A stretch of DNA of 64,000 bases from Acidobacteriota bacterium (lineage in GTDB: Bacteria; Acidobacteriota; UBA890; WLXD01). Each line of letters opens with the position of its first letter. The first letter of the stretch is position 1. The position numbers and the translations under genes were made by a program. Under the pieces are notes generated by a model, which was not told the DNA's origin, searched no databases, and was given only the letters and a program-made list of their open reading frames with translations. The stretch covers positions 2,944,001 to 3,008,000 of the forward strand of contig CBDBHB010000009.1 of the NCBI GenBank assembly GCA_965205505.1, given 5' to 3'. Of the stretch, positions 1 through 9,360 are shown piece after piece.

Positions 1-1
1 G

Positions 2-349
2 TAGCTGCTGCGCTGCCAAGCGGACGACTTGGTGCTCGACGAGTTGCTGGAGCAGCGCAGTTTCTTCTTGCGCGGCGAGCTCAGGGTCTTCCGGAACCGC
101 CGGACGCGGCAGCAGCGCCCGGGCCTTGAATCGCATCAACGTGGCCGCGACCTCTAGAAACTCTGCAGCCGGCTCCAACTCGAGCTCGGCCATGAGCTCG
201 AGCGTCTCGACATACTCACCGGTGATCTGCGCCAACGGCACCTGTTCGATCGGAACCTCGTGGCGTCGTACCAAGTGGAGCAGTAGGTCGAGCGGCCCGT
301 TGAAAGACTCCGTGTGAACGAGAAACGGGTTCGATTTCTCGTCGGCCAC
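2..349 (-). CDS. scpA: Segregation/condensation protein A (runs off the left edge of the window)
   Basis: Manual translation from GTG at 349 gives VADEKSNPFLVHTESFNGPLDLLLHLVRRHEV...AAEFLEVAATLMRFKARALLP. This contains the F.GPLDLLL and K.R.LLP ScpA motifs. Confidence 0.9.
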   Translation of the reverse strand, partial: MADEKSNPFLVHTESFNGPLDLLLHLVRRHEVPIEQVPLAQITGEYVETLELMAELELEPAAEFLEVAATLMRFKARALLPRPAVPEDPELAAQEETALLQQLVEHQVVRLAAQQL

Positions 350-365
350 GATCGGACCGTCGCGT

Positions 366-1016
366 CTATCCGAGACCCGCAAGGGTCTGCCCTAAACGGA
401 TCACCGGCAAGACGAACGCCCGCAAGGCGCCGAGCCATATCAGCGCGATCAGGATGAAGAAGCCATACGGCTGTATGGAGCGGTAGAACTGCTCGACCGG
501 GCCGGACAGGGTGGCCGAGAGGATCCACGAGCCGTCCAGTGGGGGGATTGGGATCATGTTGAAGGCGGCGAGCAGCAAATTGATCAGCAAGGAAGCCACC
601 AACAACTGTAGGACCGGCAGAAACACGCTCGCTGAGACAACGCCGACGAGTACTTCTTGGTTGGCGCGCATCAAACGTATCAAAATCACGCAAATCGCCG
701 CCAAGAGCACGTTGCTCAGCGGTCCCGCGGCGGCAATCCAGGCGTGATCCCGCTTCGGACGGGCCAGGTTGGCCGTATTGACTGGCACCGGCTTGGCGGC
801 GCCGAACGGTGGCAGCCCGGCGAACATCATCATGGCCGGGAACAAGATCGTCATGATCGGATCGATATGGGCGATCGGGTTCATGGTCACTCGGCCAAGA
901 ATCCGTGCCGTCGGGTCGCCGAGTCGGTCGGCCGACCAGGCGTGCGCCGCTTCGTGAAACGAGATCGCGAACAGCAGCGCGACGATCTGGGTGGCGATGA
1001 GGCCGGCTCCCTCCAT
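366..1016 (-). CDS. Site-2 protease family (M50) membrane metalloprotease
   Basis: HEAAH zinc motif, AAAGPLSN and FNMIPIPPLDG motifs, hydrophobic segments. Confidence 0.92.
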   Translation of the reverse strand: MEGAGLIATQIVALLFAISFHEAAHAWSADRLGDPTARILGRVTMNPIAHIDPIMTILFPAMMMFAGLPPFGAAKPVPVNTANLARPKRDHAWIAAAGPLSNVLLAAICVILIRLMRANQEVLVGVVSASVFLPVLQLLVASLLINLLLAAFNMIPIPPLDGSWILSATLSGPVEQFYRSIQPYGFFILIALIWLGALRAFVLPVIRLGQTLAGLG

Positions 1017-1025
1017 AGTGTGATG

Positions 1026-2834
1026 CTATCTCGGGTGTCGGGTCCGTGCTAGAACGGCCCGGATCGACCCGGCGAGCTTAGTGCCGACGACCTCGGCCAA
1101 TTCCGCCTCGGAGGCCTTGCGCACCCCGGCAAGGGACCCGAACTTGCGGAGCAAAGCGCGTTGGCGCCGCGGTCCGACGCCGGGAATCTCGGTCAGTTCA
1201 GACCGGAGTACCGACTTGCTACGCAGCGAACGATGGTAGGTGATCGCAAAGCGGTGGGCCTCGTCGCGTACTCTCTGCACCAGCTTGAGCGCATCCGGAT
1301 GCGGCCGTAACGGAACGGGATCGGTGCGCTCTGCGACGAAGAGCTTCTCCTCGCCCTTCTCGATTGCGGCCACCGCCTGCTGCTGCATGCCGAGCTCGGT
1401 CAACGCCGCGTACGCCGATGACAGTTGCCCCCTGCCACCGTCGATCAACAACAGGTCGGGGGGTGGTAGCTCGCCGTCGAGCACCCGCCGAAAGTGTCGC
1501 CGGACTATCTGGGCAATGGACTCGAAGTCGTCCTGTCCAGCCAAATCGCGGATGCGGAACCGTTTGTAGCTCGATTTGTCGGGCCTACCATCGCGCAGCG
1601 ACACCAAGCTGGCAACGATCTGTCCGCCTTGCAGATTCGAGACGTCAACACACTGGATCAGCTGCGGCGGATGGTCCAAGTCGAGCAACTCCTGCAGCTT
1701 CTGCGCGCCGCGCTCTGCCTCGCCGCGCTCGTATCGATGCGCGTACGCGAGCTTGGCGTTCTGCACCACCAGCTCGAGCAATCGTCGCTTGGGCCCGCGC
1801 TGCGGAACTACCAACTTGACCGCTCCCCCACGAGCGTTCCGTAGCCACTCCATCAGCACGTCGGCCGAATCGAGTGCTGTTGGTACGCATATCTCGGGTG
1901 GAATCGTGGTGCCACCGTGGTAATACTGCTGCAGACTCGTAATCAGGAGTTCCCGCTCGTCCGCGCCCTTTACGTCATCCCAGAAGTACTGACGGCGCTC
2001 GACGACAAGGCCATCGCGCACCAGGAAGATCTGCAGCGCGGCGCGCCGCCCCTCGAGATAAAAGGCGAACAGGTCACGATTGCCGAGGTCTTTCGAGGCC
2101 ATCTTTTGCTCACGCGAGGAGGCTCGGACGGTCTCCAAGAGATCGCGATAGTGAGCGGCGCGCTCGAATTGCTGGGTTGATGACGCGCTCAGCATCTTGG
2201 CTTCCAGATCGCCCTCCAGATCTTCTCCCCTTCCCTGCAGAAACAGCTTCACCTCCTTGGCGATCTCCGAGTAGCGCTCTTCGTCGCAAAAGGCACGCAC
2301 GCACGGGCCGGCACACTCGCCGATGTCGTAGTAGAGGCAGGCGCGCTCCCACGAACCGTCGATGTCGATGTTGCACGGACGCAGACCGAAGTTGCGATAT
2401 ACCACCACCTGCATGAGGCGCGCCCGGGTGTTCGGGATGTAGGGACCGAAGTACTCATCGCCGTCCTGTTTCATGCCGCGTACCAGCTGCAGGCGAGGAA
2501 ACTTCTCGTTCTCGGTCAAGCGCAAGTACGGATAGTTCTTGTCGTCACGCAGGAGCACGTTGAACCGCGGTGCGCTCTGCTTGATGAGGCTGTTTTCGAG
2601 CGTCAGAGCCTCGACCTCGGAATCGGTCACGATCACCTCCACATCGACGGCTTCGTGGAGCATGCGCTGCTGACGGCGTTCCTCCCCGCCGCTGCTGAGA
2701 TGCGATCGCACGCGGTCACGAATACGGTTGGCTTTGCCGACGTAGATGGTGCGACCTCGAGCATCCTTGAAGAGGTAGACGCCCGGCTTGGTTGGCAGGT
2801 TGCCGACGAGCTCGCGGATGGCGTCGATCGGCAT
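1026..2834 (-). CDS. uvrC: Excinuclease ABC subunit C
   Basis: GIY-YIG N-terminus (PGVYLFKD..IYVGKA), DDKNYPY, DLLLIDGGRGQL, RDEAHRFA and C-terminal HhH. Start placed at MPIDAIRE. Confidence 0.96.
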   Translation of the reverse strand: MPIDAIRELVGNLPTKPGVYLFKDARGRTIYVGKANRIRDRVRSHLSSGGEERRQQRMLHEAVDVEVIVTDSEVEALTLENSLIKQSAPRFNVLLRDDKNYPYLRLTENEKFPRLQLVRGMKQDGDEYFGPYIPNTRARLMQVVVYRNFGLRPCNIDIDGSWERACLYYDIGECAGPCVRAFCDEERYSEIAKEVKLFLQGRGEDLEGDLEAKMLSASSTQQFERAAHYRDLLETVRASSREQKMASKDLGNRDLFAFYLEGRRAALQIFLVRDGLVVERRQYFWDDVKGADERELLITSLQQYYHGGTTIPPEICVPTALDSADVLMEWLRNARGGAVKLVVPQRGPKRRLLELVVQNAKLAYAHRYERGEAERGAQKLQELLDLDHPPQLIQCVDVSNLQGGQIVASLVSLRDGRPDKSSYKRFRIRDLAGQDDFESIAQIVRRHFRRVLDGELPPPDLLLIDGGRGQLSSAYAALTELGMQQQAVAAIEKGEEKLFVAERTDPVPLRPHPDALKLVQRVRDEAHRFAITYHRSLRSKSVLRSELTEIPGVGPRRQRALLRKFGSLAGVRKASEAELAEVVGTKLAGSIRAVLARTRHPR

Positions 2835-2856
2835 CAGGAGCGTTTTCGGCGGCGGT

Positions 2857-4863
2857 TCACGAGACGCCGAGCTGCCGCCGCCGGAGCTCCTGCATGCGGT
2901 CGCGAAGCTCGGCGGCCTGCTCGAAGTCGAGCTCCTCGGCGGCCGCCAACATCTGCTTCTCGAGCTCGCCAAGGCGCTCGTGTAGGCTCGCGACATCCAT
3001 CGGAAGCTCCGGCTCCTCCGCCACGTTGAGCTCGACGTAGTCGCGAGCATAGAACTGGCCAAAGGTGTCCGAGATCCGCTTCACTATGGTCTCGGGAACG
3101 ATGCCATGGTCGTCGTTGTAGGTCTGCTGGATGGCGCGCCGCCGAGTCGTCTCGTCGATGGCATGCTGCATCGACCCGGTAACGCGATCGGCATAGAAGA
3201 TGACCTTCCCGGCGACGTTACGAGCCGCGCGACCGGTCGTCTGGATGAGTGCCGTCGCCGACCGCAAGAAGCCTTCCTTGTCAGCGTCCAAGACAGCGAC
3301 GAGAGTTACTTCGGGTAGATCGAGTCCCTCGCGAAGCAAGTTCACACCAACCAAGACATCGAAGTCGCCGCGGCGGAAGTCACGCAGCAACTTGATGCGG
3401 TCGAGAGTATCGATGTCGCTGTGCAGATAACGTACGCGAACGCCCAGATCACCGTAGTAGTCGGTGAGCTCCTCGGACATGCGCTTGGTAAGCGTCGTCA
3501 CCAGCACGCGCTCGGAGCGGTCCACACGAGTGCGCACCTCCGCCAGCAGATCATCTACTTGCCCGGCAGCCGGGCGCACGTCAACATCCGGGTCGGTCAA
3601 CCCGGTGGGCCGGATGATCTGCTCGACTACGACCCCGCCGCTTTCCTCGAGCTCCCAGGGCCCCGGAGTGGCCGACACGTGGATGGTCTGCCCGACGAGG
3701 CCCTGAAACTCGTCGAAGTTCAGGGGCCGATTGTCTAGGGCCGAGGGCAGACGGAACCCGTGCTCAACCAGAGTGCTCTTGCGCGATCGGTCGCCCACGT
3801 ACATGCCCCGCAGCTGCGGCACCGTCATGTGTGATTCGTCGATGAAGACGATGTGATCCTCGGGCAGGTACTCGATCAGCGTCGGCGGCGGTTCGCCTGG
3901 CTCTCGACCCGTCAGGTGTCGCGAGTAGTTTTCGACACCGTGGCAGTAGCCCACCGTCTGCATCATCTCCAGATCGAACATCGTGCGTTGATGCAACCGC
4001 TGGGCCTCCAGCATCTTGCCCTCGGACTGGAGCTTCGGCAGCCAGTCATCGAGCTCCGCCTTGATCGTTTCGATCGCCTCGGTCCGACGTTCCAGGGTGG
4101 TTACGTAGTGCGATGCCGGAAAGAGGCCGAGCTTCGTGTGCTGGCGCAGTGTCTCCCCCATCAACGGGTCGACCTCGGCCAGCCCGACGATCTCCGCATC
4201 ATCGAACGTGACGCGCAACGCGTCCTCGCCGTAGGTGGGGAGAACCTCGACTTCTTCGCCGCGCACGCGAAAGCTGCCACGTTCGAGACCGTGCGCACGC
4301 CTTGTGTAGTGCAATTCCACGAGGTGCCGCAGGAAATCCTGCCGGTCCAGACGCGCTCCCACCTCCAACGACAGCATGAGCCCGTAGTACGAATCCGGTG
4401 CACCGAGACCGTAAATACAGGACACCGACGCCACGATCACGACATCACGACGGCTCCACAGAGACCGCGTCGCCGAGTGCCGCATGCGATCGATCTCTTC
4501 GTTGATCAGCGTCTCCTTGGCGATGTACGTATCGGTCGACGGAAGGTAGGCCTCGGGCTGGTAGTAGTCGTAGTAGGAGACGAAATACTCCACCGCGTTG
4601 TCGGGGAAGAAGTCACGAAACTCCTGGTACAGTTGCGCCGCCAGCGTCTTGTTGTGTGCGATGACCAGGGCGGGCCGCTGCCGGCGCGCGATGATCTGCG
4701 CCATCGTGAAGGTCTTGCCGGAACCGGTGACCCCAAGCAGGACCTGGTTCGCCACGCCCGCCGCGAGCCCCGCCTCGAGCTCCTCGATGGCCTGAGGCTG
4801 ATCGCCTTGCGGGTCGAAATCAGCTTGCAGGCGGAACTGGTCCGCGGCGATCGTCGAGCTCAT
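2857..4863 (-). CDS. uvrB: Excinuclease ABC subunit B
   Basis: [25 protein letters not shown] beta-hairpin, DESH and C-terminal UVR domain. Start placed at MSSTIAAD. Confidence 0.97.
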   Translation of the reverse strand: MSSTIAADQFRLQADFDPQGDQPQAIEELEAGLAAGVANQVLLGVTGSGKTFTMAQIIARRQRPALVIAHNKTLAAQLYQEFRDFFPDNAVEYFVSYYDYYQPEAYLPSTDTYIAKETLINEEIDRMRHSATRSLWSRRDVVIVASVSCIYGLGAPDSYYGLMLSLEVGARLDRQDFLRHLVELHYTRRAHGLERGSFRVRGEEVEVLPTYGEDALRVTFDDAEIVGLAEVDPLMGETLRQHTKLGLFPASHYVTTLERRTEAIETIKAELDDWLPKLQSEGKMLEAQRLHQRTMFDLEMMQTVGYCHGVENYSRHLTGREPGEPPPTLIEYLPEDHIVFIDESHMTVPQLRGMYVGDRSRKSTLVEHGFRLPSALDNRPLNFDEFQGLVGQTIHVSATPGPWELEESGGVVVEQIIRPTGLTDPDVDVRPAAGQVDDLLAEVRTRVDRSERVLVTTLTKRMSEELTDYYGDLGVRVRYLHSDIDTLDRIKLLRDFRRGDFDVLVGVNLLREGLDLPEVTLVAVLDADKEGFLRSATALIQTTGRAARNVAGKVIFYADRVTGSMQHAIDETTRRRAIQQTYNDDHGIVPETIVKRISDTFGQFYARDYVELNVAEEPELPMDVASLHERLGELEKQMLAAAEELDFEQAAELRDRMQELRRRQLGVS

Positions 4864-4916
4864 CGAGAGACCCGCAGCGGGTGCGTCATTGCGCCGGCCA
4901 TCACACTGCGCGCGGT

Positions 4917-6101
4917 CTAACCTGCCGCCAACGCCGCACACGCCGTCTCGAGCCGGTCGAGCGCCTGCTCGAGCGTCTCCATCGACGTCGCATACGACAT
5001 GCGCAGGAAGCCGTCGCGGCCGAACGCTACCCCCGGAACGGTGACCACATGGGCATGATCGATGAAGTAGCCCGCCAACTCGGCAGATGTCGGGTACTGC
5101 TCTGAAAACAGCGCCGATACGTTCGGGAAGGCGTAGAAAGCGCCCTTCGGCTCGACACACTCCACGCCGGGAAGGGCGCGGATGCGCGGCAGAACTCGAT
5201 CTCGCCGTTCCGCGAACGTGGCCAACATCTTACGAACTGGCGTTTGATCGCCGGTCATCGCCTCCAGCGCAGCGTACTGGCTAACCGACGCAGGGTTCGA
5301 CGTAGTATGGCCCTGCAGGCGAACGCAGGCGGCGATGATCTCTCGCGGACCCGCGAGGTAGCCAATGCGCCATCCGGTCATCGCGTAGCTCTTTGAACAC
5401 GAGCCGCATACGACGGTGACGTCCTTGGCTTCTTCGCCCAAACACAAGGGGGTCACGTGCTCGGCACCCTCGTACACCAAAGTGGCGTAGCACTCATCTA
5501 CCAACAACAGCACACCGCGCTCGAGGGCGAGCTCGGCCAGCTTGAGCATTTCACCGCCGTCGATGACCGCGCCGCTGGGATTGTTCGGCGTGTTCACCAC
5601 GATCACGCGTGTGCGTTCCGTGCACGCTGCGGCGATGGTGTCGGCATGTAGCTCGAAGCCATCGGCCTCATCGGTGTCGACGATAACGGGTCGTCCGCCC
5701 GCCAGCTTGACCTGCTCCGGGATACTCACCCAGTAAGGTGTCGGGACGATCACTTCGTCGCCCGGGTCCAGCACGCTCATGAAGAAGTTGTGGAGGCCCT
5801 GTTTGCCACCCGCCGTGATCATGGTTTCGTCGGTTCGGTAGGGTATCCCGTCGCGCGAGCTATAGAGACTGGCAACTGCCTCGCGTAGCTCGGGAATACC
5901 GGCGACCGGGGTATAGCGGGTACGCCCTTCGCGGATTGCTCGGATGCCCGCCGCACAGATCGCTTCCGGTGTATCGAAGTCAGGCTGGCCGGGGCCGAGG
6001 TCGAGCACGTCGATCCCCTTGGCGCGAAGCTGGCGGGCCTTTTCGCTGGCGGCGAGCGTAGCCGACGCGCCAATGCGCGACACGGTGCTGCTGAGTCGCA
6101 A
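4917..6101 (-). CDS. PLP-dependent class I/II (aspartate-type) aminotransferase
   Basis: [20 protein letters not shown] and [14 protein letters not shown] motifs. The TTG start at 6101 is preceded by AAAGGAG. Confidence 0.92.
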   Translation of the reverse strand: MRLSSTVSRIGASATLAASEKARQLRAKGIDVLDLGPGQPDFDTPEAICAAGIRAIREGRTRYTPVAGIPELREAVASLYSSRDGIPYRTDETMITAGGKQGLHNFFMSVLDPGDEVIVPTPYWVSIPEQVKLAGGRPVIVDTDEADGFELHADTIAAACTERTRVIVVNTPNNPSGAVIDGGEMLKLAELALERGVLLLVDECYATLVYEGAEHVTPLCLGEEAKDVTVVCGSCSKSYAMTGWRIGYLAGPREIIAACVRLQGHTTSNPASVSQYAALEAMTGDQTPVRKMLATFAERRDRVLPRIRALPGVECVEPKGAFYAFPNVSALFSEQYPTSAELAGYFIDHAHVVTVPGVAFGRDGFLRMSYATSMETLEQALDRLETACAALAAG

Positions 6102-6105
6102 GGCG

Positions 6106-6597
6106 TTACTCCTTTGGGCGGGTGAAATGCTCACGTAGCTGCTCCTCGACCTCGGCAGGGACCATGCCGGTCACGGTACCCCCGAGCTCGTAGATATCTT
6201 TGATCAAACTCGATGAGAGGTAGGTGTAGTCTTCGTGCGGCACCATGAACATGGTTTTGATCTGACCATCGAGGTGCCGGTTCATCATGGCCATCTGGAA
6301 CTCATACTCGAAATCCGTCACGGCGCGGAGACCGCGGATAATAACGCTGGCATCACGCTCCTGCGCCACCTTGACTAGTAGCCCATCGAAGCTGATCACC
6401 TCGATACGGTCGTCGTCAGCGAGCAGCCGATCGAGCATGGCCGTCCGTGCTGCGACCGGGAACGTCGCGTCCTTACGTGGGTTGCGTAGCACCGCCACAA
6501 TCAGACGCGGGAACACCTCCCGGGATCGCCGGATGATGTCCAGATGTCCGTTGGTGACGGGGTCGAACGACCCTGGGTAAATGGCAGCGGTGTTCAC
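6106..6597 (-). CDS. coaD: Phosphopantetheine adenylyltransferase
   Basis: YPGSFDPVTNGHLDII, RGLRAVTDFEYE and LSSSLIK motifs. Confidence 0.96.
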   Translation of the reverse strand: MNTAAIYPGSFDPVTNGHLDIIRRSREVFPRLIVAVLRNPRKDATFPVAARTAMLDRLLADDDRIEVISFDGLLVKVAQERDASVIIRGLRAVTDFEYEFQMAMMNRHLDGQIKTMFMVPHEDYTYLSSSLIKDIYELGGTVTGMVPAEVEEQLREHFTRPKE

Positions 6598-6651
6598 GAT
6601 CTCGGACCCCGTTTGCGAGCCCACCCGCGATCCGTAGGCTACCGTCGCACT

Positions 6652-7224
6652 TTAGCAGGGCGCACCGTCGGGCTCTACGCGGGTACAGATCAGAAATACT
6701 GTCTCCCCTATCCGTAGGGTTCGCACCGCCGACCATTCTTCAGACAGCTCGGCGCTTTCGTCGCGCCGCTGCTCCAGAACCACGCGAGCACCCTGGGCGT
6801 CGAGCCCATGTGTGCTCAGCAGGGTGAGGCACTCTGTGCCCCGCCCCGAACCGTACTCCGGGTCGATGAAAACAAGATCGTACGAAAGCTTGCTGGCTCC
6901 GAGCCGACGCAGCGCGGCGCGATAGTCGGCGGTGATTACCTCGCACTCGGACTCGAGCTGGCAGCGAGCGATGTTGGCGCGTAGCGCCGCGGCCACCTTG
7001 CGGTGGCGCTCGACAAAGGTGGCGCTGCGCGCTCCACGGCTTACGGCCTCGAGGCCCAGGGCCCCGGAACCGGCGAACAGGTCGAGCACACGAGCCCCAT
7101 CCAAGAGCGGCTGCAGCACGCTGAAAAGCGTCTCCCTGGCGCGATCGGTGGTGGGGCGTACTCCAGCCAGATCAGGGACTTGAAGCCGCCGCCCTCGCGC
7201 CCGCCCGGCGATGACTCGCATCAA
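6652..7224 (-). CDS. rsmD: 16S rRNA m2G966 methyltransferase
   Basis: MRVIAG, RPTTDRARETLF and LDLFAGSGALGLEA motifs, in the usual recG-rsmD-coaD order. Confidence 0.93.
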   Translation of the reverse strand: MMRVIAGRARGRRLQVPDLAGVRPTTDRARETLFSVLQPLLDGARVLDLFAGSGALGLEAVSRGARSATFVERHRKVAAALRANIARCQLESECEVITADYRAALRRLGASKLSYDLVFIDPEYGSGRGTECLTLLSTHGLDAQGARVVLEQRRDESAELSEEWSAVRTLRIGETVFLICTRVEPDGAPC

Positions 7225-9302
7225 CCCGCCCGAGCCAGCCGCATACGTGTACGCCAGGCGCTACGCAGCTGGTCGCGATAGCGAGTCGCGGCCGCGTCAT
7301 CGCTCTGGACCAAGGTACGTGCGATGTCTCGAGCTTCTTCGACCCAGTCCGCATGCGCATAGGGGTCCCCGATTCGCAGCTCCACGGGGCCGGCCTGGCG
7401 TGTGCCGAGCACTTCGCCGGGGCCGCGCAGCCGCAGGTCTTCCTCGGCGATACGGAACCCGTCGTGCGTATCGCACAGCGTACGCAAGCGCTGCGTCGCG
7501 TTCTCGCTCAGAGTGCCGCGCGAGATCAACCAGCAACGGCCCGGGAGCGCTCCCCTGCCGACGCGACCCCGCAGCTGATGCAGTTGCGCCAGACCGAAGC
7601 GTTCGGCGCCCTCGATCACCATCAACGTTGCCTCGGGTACATCGACGCCAACCTCGATCACCGTCGTTGCTACGAGCACCGGGGTGTCCCCGGCGATAAA
7701 CCGGCGCATCGCACGCGCCTTACCTTCTCCGTCCAGATCGCCGTGCACCAGACCGACGCCGACATCCGGAATCCGCTCCTGTAGCTGCCGAGCCAGCTCC
7801 ACGGCCGAGATGCCGCTCGCAGCGGATTCGTCGATGCGTGGCGCCACGACGAAGGCGCGTTCTCCGGCCCTGGCAACTCGTCGAAGCTCGCGATCCACCG
7901 CACCGAGCTCGGCTTCGCGCATCCACCGCGTCGTTACCGCGGCACGCCCCGGGGGTAGCTCGTCGATTCGGCTCACCTCGAGATCGCCGTACAAGGCCAG
8001 CGCCAGGCTCCGAGGGATGGGCGTGGCGGTCATCACCAGCAGGTCGGGATGGGCGTCTTGCTGACGTCCTTTCGACCCGAGCAAGGCTCGCTGAGCAACA
8101 CCGAAGCGGTGCTGTTCGTCGACCACCACGAGGCCGAGCCGCTTGAATCGCACCTGCGGCTGCAGCAAGGCCTGGGTGCCGACAACGGCTTTGCAGCGTC
8201 CGTCCTCGAGGGCCGCGAGAACCTCGCGGCGGTGGGCGCCATCGGTGGCCGCGGTCAATGACGCGACCTCGATGCCGAGTTTGGCGCTCCAAGCTTGCAG
8301 GTTCCGCGCGTGCTGGTCGGCGACAATGGCGCTCGGCACCAGCAGTGCCGCCTGCTCGCCATGCAACGCCACAGCGAACATGGCGCACGCCGCTACAGCC
8401 GTCTTGCCGCAACCCACATCGCCCTGCAGCAGCCGGTGCATCGAGCTTGGATCACAGAGGTCGGCCATGATCTGGCTCGTGCAGCGCTGCTGCGCTGCGG
8501 TCATCCGAAACGGCAATGTCGCCTCGATACGCCGTCGGCTGTTCTCGTCGATGCGGCGCTCGATGCCGGGCTCGCTTGCGGCACGTCGGCGCTGCAGCAT
8601 GAGGGCCGCCTGGTAGTCGATGAATTCCTGCATGATGAGGCGGCGGTGAGCCGGCGAGCGGCGGGCGTTCCATATCTCGAGGTCGGCGTCGGCTGGCGGG
8701 TAATGGACGTGTCGCAGCGCGGTGCCCAGATCGAGCAGCTTGCCCGGACCGACCAAGAACTCCGGCAATGGATCCAACAGCTCGTCTAGATCGTCGAGGG
8801 CCGCCACGAGCAGTCGACGCATGGCGCCCGAGCCGAGACCGCCGGCCCTCGGGTATACCGGAACGTGGCGTCCGATATGAGGAGATTCCTGGTCATCGTC
8901 CTCGACCAACTTGTGCACCGGGTTCACCATCTGCAGCCCACGGTCGTGTATGTGCGCGCGACCATATAGGCGCACGCGGCTGCCGACCGGGAGAGCATCG
9001 GCCACGTACGCTTGGTTGAACCAGACCGCATGGATCGAACCGCTGGCGTCGGTGGCACGCAGCTCGGCGCGCCGACGCCTCCCTGCGCCTCCTACGCGAC
9101 GGGATGAGCGCACCACGACTTCGACACAGGCCGCTTCGCCGACGACGAGATCGGAAACTGAGACGAGGCGCGAACGGTCCTCGTAGCGTCGCGGGAGAAA
9201 TGTCAGCAGGTCGCCCACCGTCAGCACCCCGGCGCGGCGCAGCTGGTCGGCTCGACGCGGGCCGACCCCGGAGACTGACTGGACTCCCTCCGCTAGCTGC
9301 AT
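7221..9302 (-). CDS. recG: ATP-dependent DNA helicase RecG
   Basis: LLQGDVGCGKT, DEQHRFG, MTATPIPR, QLHQLRGRVGRG and DLRLRGPGE motifs. Confidence 0.96.
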   Translation of the reverse strand: MQLAEGVQSVSGVGPRRADQLRRAGVLTVGDLLTFLPRRYEDRSRLVSVSDLVVGEAACVEVVVRSSRRVGGAGRRRRAELRATDASGSIHAVWFNQAYVADALPVGSRVRLYGRAHIHDRGLQMVNPVHKLVEDDDQESPHIGRHVPVYPRAGGLGSGAMRRLLVAALDDLDELLDPLPEFLVGPGKLLDLGTALRHVHYPPADADLEIWNARRSPAHRRLIMQEFIDYQAALMLQRRRAASEPGIERRIDENSRRRIEATLPFRMTAAQQRCTSQIMADLCDPSSMHRLLQGDVGCGKTAVAACAMFAVALHGEQAALLVPSAIVADQHARNLQAWSAKLGIEVASLTAATDGAHRREVLAALEDGRCKAVVGTQALLQPQVRFKRLGLVVVDEQHRFGVAQRALLGSKGRQQDAHPDLLVMTATPIPRSLALALYGDLEVSRIDELPPGRAAVTTRWMREAELGAVDRELRRVARAGERAFVVAPRIDESAASGISAVELARQLQERIPDVGVGLVHGDLDGEGKARAMRRFIAGDTPVLVATTVIEVGVDVPEATLMVIEGAERFGLAQLHQLRGRVGRGALPGRCWLISRGTLSENATQRLRTLCDTHDGFRIAEEDLRLRGPGEVLGTRQAGPVELRIGDPYAHADWVEEARDIARTLVQSDDAAATRYRDQLRSAWRTRMRLARAG

Positions 9303-9360
9303 GCGCCGTGCTCAGCGGCCTCAGGCGGCGACACGGGAGTGCCGAGGTCGCAGCGAAACC

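Noticed and set aside
3853-4920. 355-aa plus-strand ORF
   Set aside because: It is the antisense shadow of uvrB.
2835-5160. Extended N-termini of uvrC (to 3062) and uvrB (to 5160) in the ORF track
   Set aside because: The extensions overlap upstream genes, and the conserved domains begin at 2834 and 4863.
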